DNA of 64,000 nucleotides from Prevotella sp. (GTDB taxonomy: Bacteria; Bacteroidota; Bacteroidia; Bacteroidales; Dysgonomonadaceae): positions 37,834 to 101,833 of the forward strand of contig JAITVV010000048.1 of NCBI GenBank assembly GCA_031285625.1, written 5' to 3'. The stretch's first letter is position 1; every line of letters begins with the position of its first letter. A program made the translations under genes and the position numbers. Shown here piece by piece: positions 49,450 through 60,102 of this stretch. The notes below the pieces were generated by a model that worked only from the letters and a program-made list of their open reading frames with translations, searched no databases and was not told where the DNA came from.

Positions 49450-49956
49450 ATGAAATATATTCTGATTATAATCTGCCTATTAGGCATGTTTAAAAATACT
49501 TATGCGCAAAATGTAATTAAGGAAGACCTGCTCAAATACGAACAAGTATATGATTATCTAAAAAAAGATTCAACCATAAATAATCATAGTTTTTCTGTTT
49601 CGGATACCTTAGTATTTATGGAAAAAAGTTTGTTCTGGAAGTTTTTTCAGCAAAAAGACGAAACATCGCTAGAATGCCTCAATCGTATAGATAGTATTGA
49701 TCAACAGGAAAGGTTTACCAGAATATATTCGAGCGAATTAGCAAATAGATTCAGTTCTGATACAGGAAAATCAAATCTCTATTTTTCAAAAGTTTCAGAG
49801 AATATATTGTTTGCAGAGTATTTTTATCGCTTTGGGATGACTCCGGGTGGAGTGAATTTATCAGGTAAATTTAATGCAGGTTGCCGTTATTTGTTTGTCT
49901 TCGATGAGAACAATAATATTCAAGATGTTTTAAGGCAATTTATAGCTTATAAATAA
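49450..49956 (+). CDS. Secreted hypothetical protein
   Basis: Signal peptide; TATATTTG box upstream. Confidence 0.65.
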   Translation: MKYILIIICLLGMFKNTYAQNVIKEDLLKYEQVYDYLKKDSTINNHSFSVSDTLVFMEKSLFWKFFQQKDETSLECLNRIDSIDQQERFTRIYSSELANRFSSDTGKSNLYFSKVSENILFAEYFYRFGMTPGGVNLSGKFNAGCRYLFVFDENNNIQDVLRQFIAYK

Positions 49957-50072
49957 GCTTAATTCAGAGTAGTACAATACTTTTTTAGCTAGTCTTTTGA
50001 GAGGGTGTTTTTTCCTGACTCATATTAGAAATCTTCAATATGAATTTAAAACAGGAGTTGCTTTTCTATTTT

Positions 50073-50306
50073 TTAGCTTTCGACTAATGATATAAAATCA
50101 TTGAATTTAAGAATAACATCCGGGTATTCTTTGTCTTTTACATAATAAGAAATTTTCACTTCCTTTTTACTAAAATCAAAGTCCAGATCGGACAGATTAA
50201 GTGTTATTTCTTTATCAGATTGTGAGTCAATATTTTTTATTAATCTCTCTCTAATTCTTTGCGAATTCGAAATTCCCTCTTTGAACGTAAGAAGCGTTTT
50301 GCTCAT
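50073..50306 (-). CDS. Small hypothetical protein
   Basis: 77-aa ORF with protein-like composition; TATCTTTG box at 50341-50348 (minus). Confidence 0.6.
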   Translation of the reverse strand: MSKTLLTFKEGISNSQRIRERLIKNIDSQSDKEITLNLSDLDFDFSKKEVKISYYVKDKEYPDVILKFNDFISLVES

Positions 50307-50520
50307 CGTTTATCGTTTTATTGAATTAACCAGTCTTCGGCAAAGATAATTTTTTAATATAAAAATCAATAAAAACATCTTAATTAGTTATTAACAGAAG
50401 TGTAATTTTTTTTTATGATGGTCTAATGCAATTGAAAAAACATAAAATATTTGCTTCACTTAAAAAATACGTTTATAATTGCGTAACTAATTATATATCC
50501 AATTACCAAAATATCTAAAT

Positions 50521-51477
50521 ATGGATTTTTTCAATCAAACAGGCCAAATGGCTATAGGAAGCAGACTAAGAATGTTAAGTGATAAAATAACAGAAGATAC
50601 CTCTTTAGTTTATAAGCTTTATGGAGTCGAGTTAAAAGCAAAATGGTTTCCCGTTTTCTTTATTTTATCAAAAGGAGAACCGAAAACCATTACATCTATC
50701 GCTAAAGAGATAGGACATTCACACCCTTCAGTTAGCAATATTATAAAAGAAATGTCTGCCAAAGGCCTTGTAGAAGAGCATAAAGATCAGGCTGATGGAA
50801 GGAAAAATGTAATTTCTCTTTCTCCAAAAGGAAAAACCTCTGCTAAAAAATTAGTAGATCAGTATGTTGATGTAACTGCAGCTATCGATAATATTTCCAA
50901 ACAGACCAAGTATGACCTATGGAAAGCCATTGAAGAATGGGAATTCCTTCTGTCAGAGAAACCTCTTTTCAAAAGAGTCACAGAAGAAAAGAAAGCAAGA
51001 GAAAGCAAGCATGTGAAAATAGTTGATTATAAACCTGATTACCAATCTATATTCAAGGCTTTAAATGAGGAGTGGATCAAAACAGACTTTGAGATGGAAG
51101 AAGTGGATCATAAAGCATTAGACAATCCTCAGGAATATATTATCCAAAACGGAGGGTATATCTTTGTGGCTTTATACAAAGATGAACCGGTTGGAGTTTG
51201 TGCTTTGATTAAGATGACGGATGGGCATTACGATTACGAATTAGCAAAAATGGCTGTCAGCCCTAAAGTTCAGGGGAAAAATATAGGGTTCATTCTGGGA
51301 CAAGCGGCTTTAGAAAAGGCAACAAAATTAGGAGCATCCAAAATTTATTTAGAGAGCAATACAATCCTAAAACCTGCAATTAATCTTTATCAAAAATTAG
51401 GTTTTCAAAAAATAGCAGGACATGCTACTCCATACAAACGCTGCAACATACAGATGGAACTAATATTAAACAAATAA
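50521..51477 (+). CDS. MarR-type HTH fused to a GNAT acetyltransferase
   Basis: SIAKEIGHSHPSVS..DGRK; ELAKMAVSPKVQGKNIG, LYQKLGF. Confidence 0.9.
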   Translation: MDFFNQTGQMAIGSRLRMLSDKITEDTSLVYKLYGVELKAKWFPVFFILSKGEPKTITSIAKEIGHSHPSVSNIIKEMSAKGLVEEHKDQADGRKNVISLSPKGKTSAKKLVDQYVDVTAAIDNISKQTKYDLWKAIEEWEFLLSEKPLFKRVTEEKKARESKHVKIVDYKPDYQSIFKALNEEWIKTDFEMEEVDHKALDNPQEYIIQNGGYIFVALYKDEPVGVCALIKMTDGHYDYELAKMAVSPKVQGKNIGFILGQAALEKATKLGASKIYLESNTILKPAINLYQKLGFQKIAGHATPYKRCNIQMELILNK

Positions 51478-51528
51478 ATAGTAGTCATTAAGGCAAATAT
51501 TCTTTCTTACAAATAGCTTATATACCAT

Positions 51529-51557
51529 AAAAAGAGTCCTTTAAAGGACTCTTTTTT
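51529..51557. terminator. Bidirectional terminator
   Basis: AAAAAGAGTCCTTTAAAGGACTCTTTTT palindrome between convergent genes. Confidence 0.8.
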
Positions 51558-53973
51558 AACTATTAAATGGAATGCGTATAAAAACTTGGATATTACGCCC
51601 CTGTTCAGGAATATTCAAACGGCGATATAAGCTCATATGATTAAGATATCGTGTGTCAAATATATTTTTCACCTGCATATTTATATCTAAAGAACATTTT
51701 CGATTGATTTTATAAATTATTCCTGCGCTCAGATTGAATAGATTTGTTCCTTTCGTCTTTTCTTCACCAAAACCCACACAGTTCTGGTCAGCATACCACT
51801 GATGAGAAACCGAGATCTGATAATAACTGATATCTCTATGGCTTCGGGTATTGTCAGAGAATTTAATTTCGTTCATCATCGTAAACGGAGGCGTAAACGG
51901 TAATGGTTTATCGCCATCGATATTTCGGTTCAAAACGATGCTTCCTGATGTCATTAATTGTAGTTTTTTTACAGGACGCCACGATATTTTATACTCTCCA
52001 CCACCATATATAGCTTCAGCTTCGGAGTATTTATAAGGTTGTTCTTCATACAATTCAATCGCCGGTTCAGCAATGGGTTGCAAAAAAATGAAGTTGGAAT
52101 AATATGTAAGAAACGGATTAAACAATATATCTAACTTAGAATCGTTCACATAGTGTGCTTCAAAATCGATAGTATATCCATGCTCAGCTTTCAGATTTGG
52201 GTCTCCGATTTCATAACGGAAGGCGGCATGATGTACTCCGTTGGCAGCTAATTCATTAGCCGAAGGTAAACGCAGGCTTTTTGCCAGATTTAGTTTGAGT
52301 GATAGGTATCCGTTAGCATCAATATCAGGTAGATATTGTCCTGATATACCCCCCGAAAAGCTTCCGAAATTTCGGTTTACATCATAAGCCCTCTGTGCAT
52401 ACTGTTGTATAATAGAAGATTCGTAGCCTTCTTCTTGTAGATGTTCGGCCAATATATTATCATAGAATCCGGTAATATCAGTGTGTGCCAGATCATAACG
52501 TACTCCCGCTTGAAATTTCCAAGTTTCTACCGGCTCATAAATATTTACAAAAGCCAAACCTCCGGATACCTGGTTGTAACGGGGTAGGAAATATTCAAAC
52601 CCACCCACTCTATTTTGTTGATATTCAATATTAGCACTAATTGCTTTTTTCCAATTCTTATCTTCGTCCAGACTCAAACGTATATTTGATGAATAAGTTT
52701 GTAGTTTGAAGTCAACGGACAGATCATTGCTTGTATCGGGAGCTGGCTGACCTTCATAATGTTCGTGAAAGTGTTCAAATTCTTTACGATGATTATTTTG
52801 ATAACCAGTATTTATAGTTAATCGTGATGCTGAAGTTTTCCATTCTGTAATATTTGAAACCGAAAAATGATTTGAAGTAGAATAGGGCATACCTATATTG
52901 CTATGAGATGTATCCGGGCTATCGTGGTCATGATCGTGGTCATGATCATCTTCACCATGTTCGTGGTCATGATCATGCTCTAGTTCAAATAGTCCGGTCT
53001 TCTGATAATTATTACTTACAGTAAAAAGTGTGGTTACATTGCTTTTTCTGTATCCGATTGCACCTGAAATACTTTGCTCTTTTCCTGCAGTATTTGGCAC
53101 ACGCTTATTAGTTAGAGCTATATCTTCATCCTGATATGAGACTCTATCTGTTGGTACCCGATAATCGTTGTATTCCATAAAACGATACGAACCTCTTATA
53201 TACCAGTTATTATTATGCCAGTCAGCCTTAAATGCTGAACCCAATTGGTCATTATTGGATGCTCCCCACAAAACCGCCTCACCTGTAATCTGCGGATATT
53301 TATTCGGAAAGCTAAATGGAGTGATTTCAAGAGCTGCTATATTAGATGTTCCTAATAATAGGGCATAAGACCCCTTATGTATAGTAGCACTCTCTATATC
53401 AAATAGATTTGTTTCTAATCCATGATCTGCTCCCCATTGCTGGTTTTGCTGTATTACCCCCCCACTAATTACACTTACTCTGTTGGAACTAACTCCCCTG
53501 ATTACCGGTTTTGCTACTCCGGCACCTATGTTCATTGTTGCTGCTCCAGGCAGGTTGTTCAATACCCGCAGAAAATTTGCATCAGGATTATCTCTTTCCG
53601 GTCCTCTGATAATTTCTGTTTTTGTTACAGCTATATTTGTTTTTACTTCAACTTCTTTGAGAGCTATATCAGTTGGAGTGAGTTTTATATCGAATTGTTT
53701 ATCAGAATTTAGGCTGATATCAATTATCTCATTTCTATAACCAATATAATTGATTAACAGTGTATAGTTTCCCTCTCTTAAATGACATAATTCATAATGT
53801 CCTATGCTATCGGTAAATGTTCCTACCGAAGAATTACGGATTGATATCCCTGCTGAGGGTATACCCACCCCGGTATTTTTATCAGTTATAGTACCTGAAA
53901 TAGTATATGTTTGTTGTGCCTGTAAAAATATAAAAGAGACAGTGAATAGAATGAGAATGGCTATTTTTTTCAT
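51556..53973 (-). CDS. TonB-dependent receptor with His/Asp-rich loop (probable Zn/Ni/Co uptake)
   Basis: KPVIRG..RV, QQWGADHG plug, HDHDHEHGEDDHDHDHDHD loop, ANGVHH, C-terminal GRN. Confidence 0.88.
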   Translation of the reverse strand: MKKIAILILFTVSFIFLQAQQTYTISGTITDKNTGVGIPSAGISIRNSSVGTFTDSIGHYELCHLREGNYTLLINYIGYRNEIIDISLNSDKQFDIKLTPTDIALKEVEVKTNIAVTKTEIIRGPERDNPDANFLRVLNNLPGAATMNIGAGVAKPVIRGVSSNRVSVISGGVIQQNQQWGADHGLETNLFDIESATIHKGSYALLLGTSNIAALEITPFSFPNKYPQITGEAVLWGASNNDQLGSAFKADWHNNNWYIRGSYRFMEYNDYRVPTDRVSYQDEDIALTNKRVPNTAGKEQSISGAIGYRKSNVTTLFTVSNNYQKTGLFELEHDHDHEHGEDDHDHDHDHDSPDTSHSNIGMPYSTSNHFSVSNITEWKTSASRLTINTGYQNNHRKEFEHFHEHYEGQPAPDTSNDLSVDFKLQTYSSNIRLSLDEDKNWKKAISANIEYQQNRVGGFEYFLPRYNQVSGGLAFVNIYEPVETWKFQAGVRYDLAHTDITGFYDNILAEHLQEEGYESSIIQQYAQRAYDVNRNFGSFSGGISGQYLPDIDANGYLSLKLNLAKSLRLPSANELAANGVHHAAFRYEIGDPNLKAEHGYTIDFEAHYVNDSKLDILFNPFLTYYSNFIFLQPIAEPAIELYEEQPYKYSEAEAIYGGGEYKISWRPVKKLQLMTSGSIVLNRNIDGDKPLPFTPPFTMMNEIKFSDNTRSHRDISYYQISVSHQWYADQNCVGFGEEKTKGTNLFNLSAGIIYKINRKCSLDINMQVKNIFDTRYLNHMSLYRRLNIPEQGRNIQVFIRIPFNS

Positions 53974-54011
53974 TTACAATTATTATTACAAAAATGATGG
54001 GGAATTCTGAA

Positions 54012-54416
54012 TTATTTTTCTTTGCAATCAGGACAAATTCCTTCTAACAGAACTTGAGCTGTATCTATTATAAAACCTTCTTTGAGATTGACTGCTACAT
54101 TTACCTGTGTTTCTACACAAACTACATCATCACATTTAAGACAATGAAAATGTGCGTGCTCACCTTTTGGTAATGCTTCATTATTTAATGCATATTTCAC
54201 TGTAGAATCATGAAGAACAACACGATGTATAATATTGTTCTCTTCTAATGTTTTCAAAGATCTGTAAAATGTAACTCTATCGAACAGATCTGGCAATGCC
54301 TGCTTTATTTCATGCTCTGATAAAGCAGAACTATTATTCAGCAATTCACTGATAATGAATTTTCGACAACCGGTATTCTTTAGGTTGTGGTGTTTTAATA
54401 TTTGTTCGGCATCCAT
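54012..54416 (-). CDS. Fur family regulator (Zur-like)
   Basis: DRVTFYRSL, HAHFHCLKC, CPDC; upstream of the metal TBDR. Confidence 0.88.
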   Translation of the reverse strand: MDAEQILKHHNLKNTGCRKFIISELLNNSSALSEHEIKQALPDLFDRVTFYRSLKTLEENNIIHRVVLHDSTVKYALNNEALPKGEHAHFHCLKCDDVVCVETQVNVAVNLKEGFIIDTAQVLLEGICPDCKEK

Positions 54417-54530
54417 ATGTAATTATATTGCAAATGAAACAATATTGCAAATATAACAATGTTTCGCTAAAAAGGTTTATATGATAGTATAAAAAAATAA
54501 AATAATTTATTGCAAATTCTACAAAAGTCT

Positions 54531-54650
54531 TACCTTTGCGCCACATTTCGCGGGTGGGCAACTGGTGTTGCCGATAATATCAACTGCTCCGGATATCTGT
54601 AAATGTGAGTTCATCCCAAAAACTTTTCAGGTGTGAATATGTTTTTGTAT
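54531..54650 (+). promoter_or_regulatory. Promoter and structured 5' leader of mgtE
   Basis: TACCTTTG at 54531; CACATTT/AAATGTG closing helix, GGCAAC-TGGT-GTTGCC hairpin, downstream hairpin plus T tract. Confidence 0.5.
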
Positions 54651-54677
54651 TGTTTATCTAATTAACTGTCTCGATGG

Positions 54678-56069
54678 ATGAAAGAGAATATTGTACAACT
54701 GACAGAAGAAACAAAACTTCTGATTGACGCCGGCGACATCAATATGTTGCGCGTTTATCTCGACGATCTTAACATTTCCGATGTAGAAGATCTGATCGAC
54801 GAGTTACCTGAATACGGCTCTTTATTAATTGATACGATGAGTATCAATAGGGCCACCAACGTATTCCGTATATTGGACGTTCCTACACAAGAACGTATAA
54901 TTAATAAACTTTCGGCAAGTAAGATATCCGAAATTGTCAATGGATTACCTCCCGATGACCGCACATCATTTTTGGGAGAATTAAGAAATCAGGAATTACA
55001 GCACCGTTTGATATCCTTACTCAGTCCTGAGGACCGTAAGGAAGTGTTCACTTTACTTTCATATCCCGAGGATAGTATCGGACGTATGATGACGCCTGAT
55101 TTCCTTGCTATCCCCAAAGATTTTACAGTAGAGGAAACCTTGAAATATATACGTCTGAACGGAAAGAATTCCGAAACAATCGATGTCGTATATATATTGG
55201 ACAAAGATGGTGTCTTAATAGATGACTTGCGGATAAAAGAATTGCTTATAAGTGATCCTAAAAAAAGGATAGAAGATCTTATAGATGGACGTCTTATTTA
55301 CCTGAATGCTCAGGACCCGTTAGAAGAAGGCATTAAGATATTTAAGATGAATAACCGGGTCGCCCTTCCGGTAATCGATTCCGGGGGTATGCTTCTGGGT
55401 ATTGTTACTATCGACGATATACTTTGGGCTGCAGATGAAGAGTATGCAGAAGACATGCAGCGAATGGGGGGTACAGCCGCGCTGGATGAGCCATATCTGG
55501 ACTTACCTGTATATAAGTTGGTATGGAAACGCGCCGGCTGGCTTATTGTACTCTTTGTGGGAGAATTACTTACGGCATCTGTCATGCAATACTATGAAGA
55601 ACAGTTAGCTCAGGTTATTGTATTAGCTTTATTTTTACCTCTCATGATATCGAGTGGAGGAAACAGTGGATCACAGGCTTCAACCCTGGTTATCCAGGCT
55701 ATGGCAACTGGTGAGGTAAAACTTAGAGACTGGTGGCGGGTTTTTCGCCGTGAGGTGGTTTCCGGATTGAGCTTAGGTATAATATTAGGAACAATTGGTT
55801 TTTTCAGAATCTATATATGGCACCTGATATTTCCAAGTCTGTACGGCGAACATTGGATTATGGTAGGTTCTACTGTATCTCTGGCCTTGGTAGGTATTGT
55901 GTTGTGGGGATCTTTGATCGGCTCCATGCTTCCCTTTATCCTGCGTCGGTTGGGAGCTGATCCGGCAACATCCTCTGCTCCTTTTGTAGCTACAATAGTG
56001 GATGTAACAGGACTAATCATTTATCTGACAATTGCAAGCTGGATTTTTGGTCCGTTAATGCATGGATAA
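54678..56069 (+). CDS. mgtE: Magnesium transporter MgtE
   Basis: N domain, CBS pair (GRMMT, GIVTIDD), SGGNSGSQ, DPATSSAPFVATIVDVTG. Confidence 0.95.
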   Translation: MKENIVQLTEETKLLIDAGDINMLRVYLDDLNISDVEDLIDELPEYGSLLIDTMSINRATNVFRILDVPTQERIINKLSASKISEIVNGLPPDDRTSFLGELRNQELQHRLISLLSPEDRKEVFTLLSYPEDSIGRMMTPDFLAIPKDFTVEETLKYIRLNGKNSETIDVVYILDKDGVLIDDLRIKELLISDPKKRIEDLIDGRLIYLNAQDPLEEGIKIFKMNNRVALPVIDSGGMLLGIVTIDDILWAADEEYAEDMQRMGGTAALDEPYLDLPVYKLVWKRAGWLIVLFVGELLTASVMQYYEEQLAQVIVLALFLPLMISSGGNSGSQASTLVIQAMATGEVKLRDWWRVFRREVVSGLSLGIILGTIGFFRIYIWHLIFPSLYGEHWIMVGSTVSLALVGIVLWGSLIGSMLPFILRRLGADPATSSAPFVATIVDVTGLIIYLTIASWIFGPLMHG

Positions 56070-56225
56070 TCAAATAACAGAATAGAAAAGAGTAAGGGTT
56101 ATGTTTTTTCATAACTCTTATTTTTATTATACTAATAGCAAACAAGTTTAACCTTTTATCTGTTATAAATATATGCCCAGTTGTTTTAAGATATTTCATA
56201 TGAAATATCCCTTAACCTGTAACCG

Positions 56226-56771
56226 ATGAAAACAAGAAAACAAATACCGGATGCCCATATGGCAGTTGAATCTCAGCTGACGACCGGTAGTCATGCTAAA
56301 AGTATTATTCAGGAATATAATAATTTGTATGCATCCCAAAAGAAACGACGTCAGCAACTTTTGCAAAAACTCTTTGGCCGTTTTGGACTGAATTCTGCTA
56401 TTGACCAACCATTCCAATGTGAATATGGCTATAATATTTATATAGGAAAGAATTTTTATGCCAATACAGGATGTCTATTTGATGACTATGCCCGAATTGT
56501 AATTGGTGATAATGTAATGTTGGGGCCTAACGTTGGTATTTACACTTCTGCACATCCTTTTTCTGTGAAAGAAGGTGTCATAAATCTAATAGCTCCGATT
56601 GTAATAGGTAATGATGTGTGGATTGGAGGTAATGTTATCATTATGCCTGGTGTTATTATCGGAAATAATTCGATGATTGGTGCCGGTAGTGTTGTGTTAA
56701 ATAATATCCCTCCAGACGTGATCGCAGTGGGAAATCCGGCAAAGCCTATAAAGAAGATGATTGATTTATAA
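56226..56771 (+). CDS. Sugar O-acetyltransferase (maltose acetyltransferase-like)
   Basis: PFQCEYGYNI, hexapeptide repeats, VGNPAK. Confidence 0.85.
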   Translation: MKTRKQIPDAHMAVESQLTTGSHAKSIIQEYNNLYASQKKRRQQLLQKLFGRFGLNSAIDQPFQCEYGYNIYIGKNFYANTGCLFDDYARIVIGDNVMLGPNVGIYTSAHPFSVKEGVINLIAPIVIGNDVWIGGNVIIMPGVIIGNNSMIGAGSVVLNNIPPDVIAVGNPAKPIKKMIDL

Positions 56772-56810
56772 AAATAAGAAAGAGTGGATTAAATCCACTC
56801 TTTCTTATTT
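56772..56810. terminator. Bidirectional terminator
   Basis: AAATAAGAAAGAGTGGATT-A-AATCCACTCTTTCTTATTT perfect palindrome. Confidence 0.9.
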
Positions 56811-56819
56811 ATGTATTAC

Positions 56820-58250
56820 CTATTTTACTTCAAAAGCAAAAGCCAATGCAGCCTGATCATCAGGAAGCCCTTTAGGGATAGAGACTTCAATGCCTTCCGT
56901 TGTTTTTTTCCAGCCTACAGATTTACCAGTTTGCAGGAATTTCATTTTAGCGCCTTTTACGGGTTCATTGCCTTTCCATACAATACTTTTAGGCATAGGT
57001 TTTCCTTCTTCCAGGCAAACTATAGCATATATGGTCTTTCCATCTTTACTTTGTGTAAACCATGTCTTACCGTCATTATATACAGGGGTGATACGTGTAT
57101 TAAAGATTGCATCTCCGTTTTTCAAAGTCCAGTCACCAATTTTTTCCAGACGCTTAGAGACTTCATCCGGTAATGTTCCGTCAGGTTTTGGACCGATACC
57201 CAAAAGTAAATTTCCTCCTTTGGCTACGATTTCTATGAGGGTATGTATGACTGCAGCCGGCGATTTATATTGATCGGTAGGTACATATCCCCAGTCCCAC
57301 CCCAGAGTGATACAGCTTTCCCAAGGATGATCGAGTTGAGTTTCCGGAATACCGCGTTCAGGAGTCTGATAGTTTTCAAATTCTCCGGGAACCGTTCTAT
57401 CCACGACTAAAATACCCGGCTGATGACGGCGTGCCATAGCTGCTATTTGGGGCATATCGATATCCTGTGCACCTTTGTAGCTCTTTCCTGTTCTTTCTGC
57501 TTCTCCCTTACGAGCCGGGCGCACCCAACCTCCATCGAGCCAAAGAATGTCAATATCTCCATAATCACCATTCATTAGTTCTTCTATCTGGTTATAAGTG
57601 AATTCCTTAAATTTATTCCATCTCCATGGATTTTTTACTATATCGTAGTTATTATTACGGTTAGGAGTAGGATATCTGTCCCACCAGTAATATTGTGTGT
57701 GCCAATCGGGTTTGGAAAAATATGCACCAATCATGTAGCCTTCATTACGAAATGCGGAAAATACTTCTTTGGCTACGTTATTACGAGGATCATTCTTAAA
57801 AGCTCCTTTTGTGATGGAAAAATCGGACTGCTTGGTATCAAACATATTAAATCCATCATGGTGCTTTGTTGTAAATACGACATAATTCATTCCGGCTTTT
57901 TTTCCATATTTGGCCCATGATGCAGGATCTAACTTATCCGGCTTGAATTCGTTCATTGTATTCCAGTAGTTTCTTTTATATGTATCGTAAGTGATGGTTG
58001 AATCACGGGGAATCCAGTCTTCTTCTTCGCCACATAACGACCATGACTCAACTATTCCCAGCTGTGAGTACAAGCCATAGTGAATAAGCATTCCAAATTT
58101 CTGATCCTGCCACTTATCCAGTTTTTGCAATACTTGTTGGTCTTTTGGCCATGTATACGAATCTGAGCGTCCATGGGCAAAAGTTTGAGCCAATGCAGTT
58201 GATGTTATCAAAAAAGACAACAATAAAAGAGTAAGGGTTTTCTTTTTCAT
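56820..58250 (-). CDS. Alpha-L-fucosidase, GH29
   Basis: KFGMLIHYGLYS, TTKHHDGF, LWLDGG, GGNLLLGIGP. Confidence 0.92.
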   Translation of the reverse strand: MKKKTLTLLLLSFLITSTALAQTFAHGRSDSYTWPKDQQVLQKLDKWQDQKFGMLIHYGLYSQLGIVESWSLCGEEEDWIPRDSTITYDTYKRNYWNTMNEFKPDKLDPASWAKYGKKAGMNYVVFTTKHHDGFNMFDTKQSDFSITKGAFKNDPRNNVAKEVFSAFRNEGYMIGAYFSKPDWHTQYYWWDRYPTPNRNNNYDIVKNPWRWNKFKEFTYNQIEELMNGDYGDIDILWLDGGWVRPARKGEAERTGKSYKGAQDIDMPQIAAMARRHQPGILVVDRTVPGEFENYQTPERGIPETQLDHPWESCITLGWDWGYVPTDQYKSPAAVIHTLIEIVAKGGNLLLGIGPKPDGTLPDEVSKRLEKIGDWTLKNGDAIFNTRITPVYNDGKTWFTQSKDGKTIYAIVCLEEGKPMPKSIVWKGNEPVKGAKMKFLQTGKSVGWKKTTEGIEVSIPKGLPDDQAALAFAFEVK

Positions 58251-58470
58251 GTTAGATTATAATTTCTAAATTATTTAAGGTTATAATGTATTTGAGTAAT
58301 ACATTATATTTAATATTAAGTATTTCAAAGTCAGATTATCATTGCTTAAAAGAAGGCGTAAACTAGCCTTTTTCCTAACATGACAAAAATGAAAAACAAA
58401 TGTTTTCATTTAATTTATATTGATTGCTTTACCTGGGCAAAAGTACAAAAAAATGGCAAATGATGAAAAA

Positions 58471-60030
58471 CTACTTCTTTATTGTTGCAGCCAATGCTTC
58501 GGCACATCGTTCTCCATCCATTGCAGCCGAAACGATTCCTCCTGCATAGCCGGCTCCCTCTCCGCATGGATAAAGACCTTTGACCTCTATATGTTGCATT
58601 GTCTCCCTATCTCTGACAATCCGTACCGGAGATGAAGTCCGGCTTTCTACAGCCAGTAGAATAGCATCATTTGTCAGATATCCTTTATAGCTATTACCTG
58701 CTTTCTTAAATGCTTCCTGCAGCCGGGAGGCTACAAATTTAGGCATCCATTCATGCATTGGAGAGGAAACTACACCGGGAGAATAGGATGTCTCCGGTAA
58801 GCTGGCACTCTTCTTACCATTTACAAAATCATACATACGTTGGGCTGGCGCTACCTGTGTTTTACCTCCATGTATCCAGGCTAATTCTTCTAGGTCTTCA
58901 ACAAATTTGAGAAGAGATAATTCATTATATTTTGAATATTCCGGAAAATCTTGCGGATGTATTTCGACTACTATACCTGAGTTTGACCAGCGTGAGCCCC
59001 GGTTGGATGGGGACATACCATTTACGACTACTTGTTTAGGTCCGCTTGCCGATGGTACGATTGTTCCTCCCGGGCACATACAGAAAGAATATACTCCACG
59101 TCCTCCTGCTTGTACTACGAAGCTATACTCGGCAGCCGGCAGATATTTACCTCTTCCTTCCTCACAGTGATATTGTATCTGGTCGATAAGGTGCGAAGGA
59201 TGTTCGATCCGGAAACCGACAGCTAATCCTTTAGCTTCTATTTTTATTTTCTGATCGTGAAGCATATAATATACGTCACGTGCAGAATGGCCGGTAGCAA
59301 GAATTACCTGACCTAAGAATATTTTACCTGTATTGGTCTCTATTCCTTTTACTTCATTATCTTCCAGTATAAGTTTGTCCATACGTGTCTGAAAATGTAC
59401 TTCCCCACCGGACATAATTATCTGCACACGCATCTTTTCGATAATACCCGGCAATTTATCCGTACCAATATGAGGATGCGCATCTATAAGTATAGAAGAT
59501 TCTGCGCCATGCTGGCAAAAGACATTTAATATTTTTTCTACATTACCCCGTTTTTTACTTCGTGTATACAATTTCCCATCCGAATAGGCGCCAGCCCCTC
59601 CTTCACCAAAGCAATAGTTCGATTCAGGATTTACAACATGCTCCCGGTTCATCAGGGCTGTGTCGCGTTTGCGGTCTCTTACATTCTTTCCTCTTTCTAC
59701 TACTATGGGGCGGATGCCTAATTCTATCAGTCGAAGAGCTGCAAATAACCCTGCCGGACCCGCTCCAACAATAATTGCCTGTGGACAGTCTTTTACATTC
59801 GGATAATATGTACTTATGAAATCGGGCTCATTCTGCTCTTCATTAACATAGCCTCTTACCCGTAGATTGACAAATATATTGCGTTGCCGGGCATCTATTG
59901 AGCGGCGCAAAATACGTATAGAATTAATGTCTTTGAGTAAAATACCGGATTGCGATGAAAAAACACGTTTGACTTTTTCTATATCTGACGCCTGTTCTGG
60001 CGTAATGCGTAAGTCTATATCTTTTTGCAT
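58471..60030 (-). CDS. FAD/NAD(P)-dependent oxidoreductase
   Basis: IVGAGPAG, GEGGAGAYSDGKL, FCMCPGG, GEGAGYAGGIVSAA. Confidence 0.9.
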   Translation of the reverse strand: MQKDIDLRITPEQASDIEKVKRVFSSQSGILLKDINSIRILRRSIDARQRNIFVNLRVRGYVNEEQNEPDFISTYYPNVKDCPQAIIVGAGPAGLFAALRLIELGIRPIVVERGKNVRDRKRDTALMNREHVVNPESNYCFGEGGAGAYSDGKLYTRSKKRGNVEKILNVFCQHGAESSILIDAHPHIGTDKLPGIIEKMRVQIIMSGGEVHFQTRMDKLILEDNEVKGIETNTGKIFLGQVILATGHSARDVYYMLHDQKIKIEAKGLAVGFRIEHPSHLIDQIQYHCEEGRGKYLPAAEYSFVVQAGGRGVYSFCMCPGGTIVPSASGPKQVVVNGMSPSNRGSRWSNSGIVVEIHPQDFPEYSKYNELSLLKFVEDLEELAWIHGGKTQVAPAQRMYDFVNGKKSASLPETSYSPGVVSSPMHEWMPKFVASRLQEAFKKAGNSYKGYLTNDAILLAVESRTSSPVRIVRDRETMQHIEVKGLYPCGEGAGYAGGIVSAAMDGERCAEALAATIKK

Positions 60031-60071
60031 GATTTATAATATTGGAAAGCAAAGATAATGCATTTATAAAT

Positions 60072-60102
60072 ACAAAGCACAAGCAATAAGCTTGTGCTTT
60101 GT
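60072..60102. terminator. Orphan 13-bp hairpin in a divergent intergenic region
   Basis: ACAAAGCACAAGC-AATAA-GCTTGTGCTTTGT. Confidence 0.6.
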
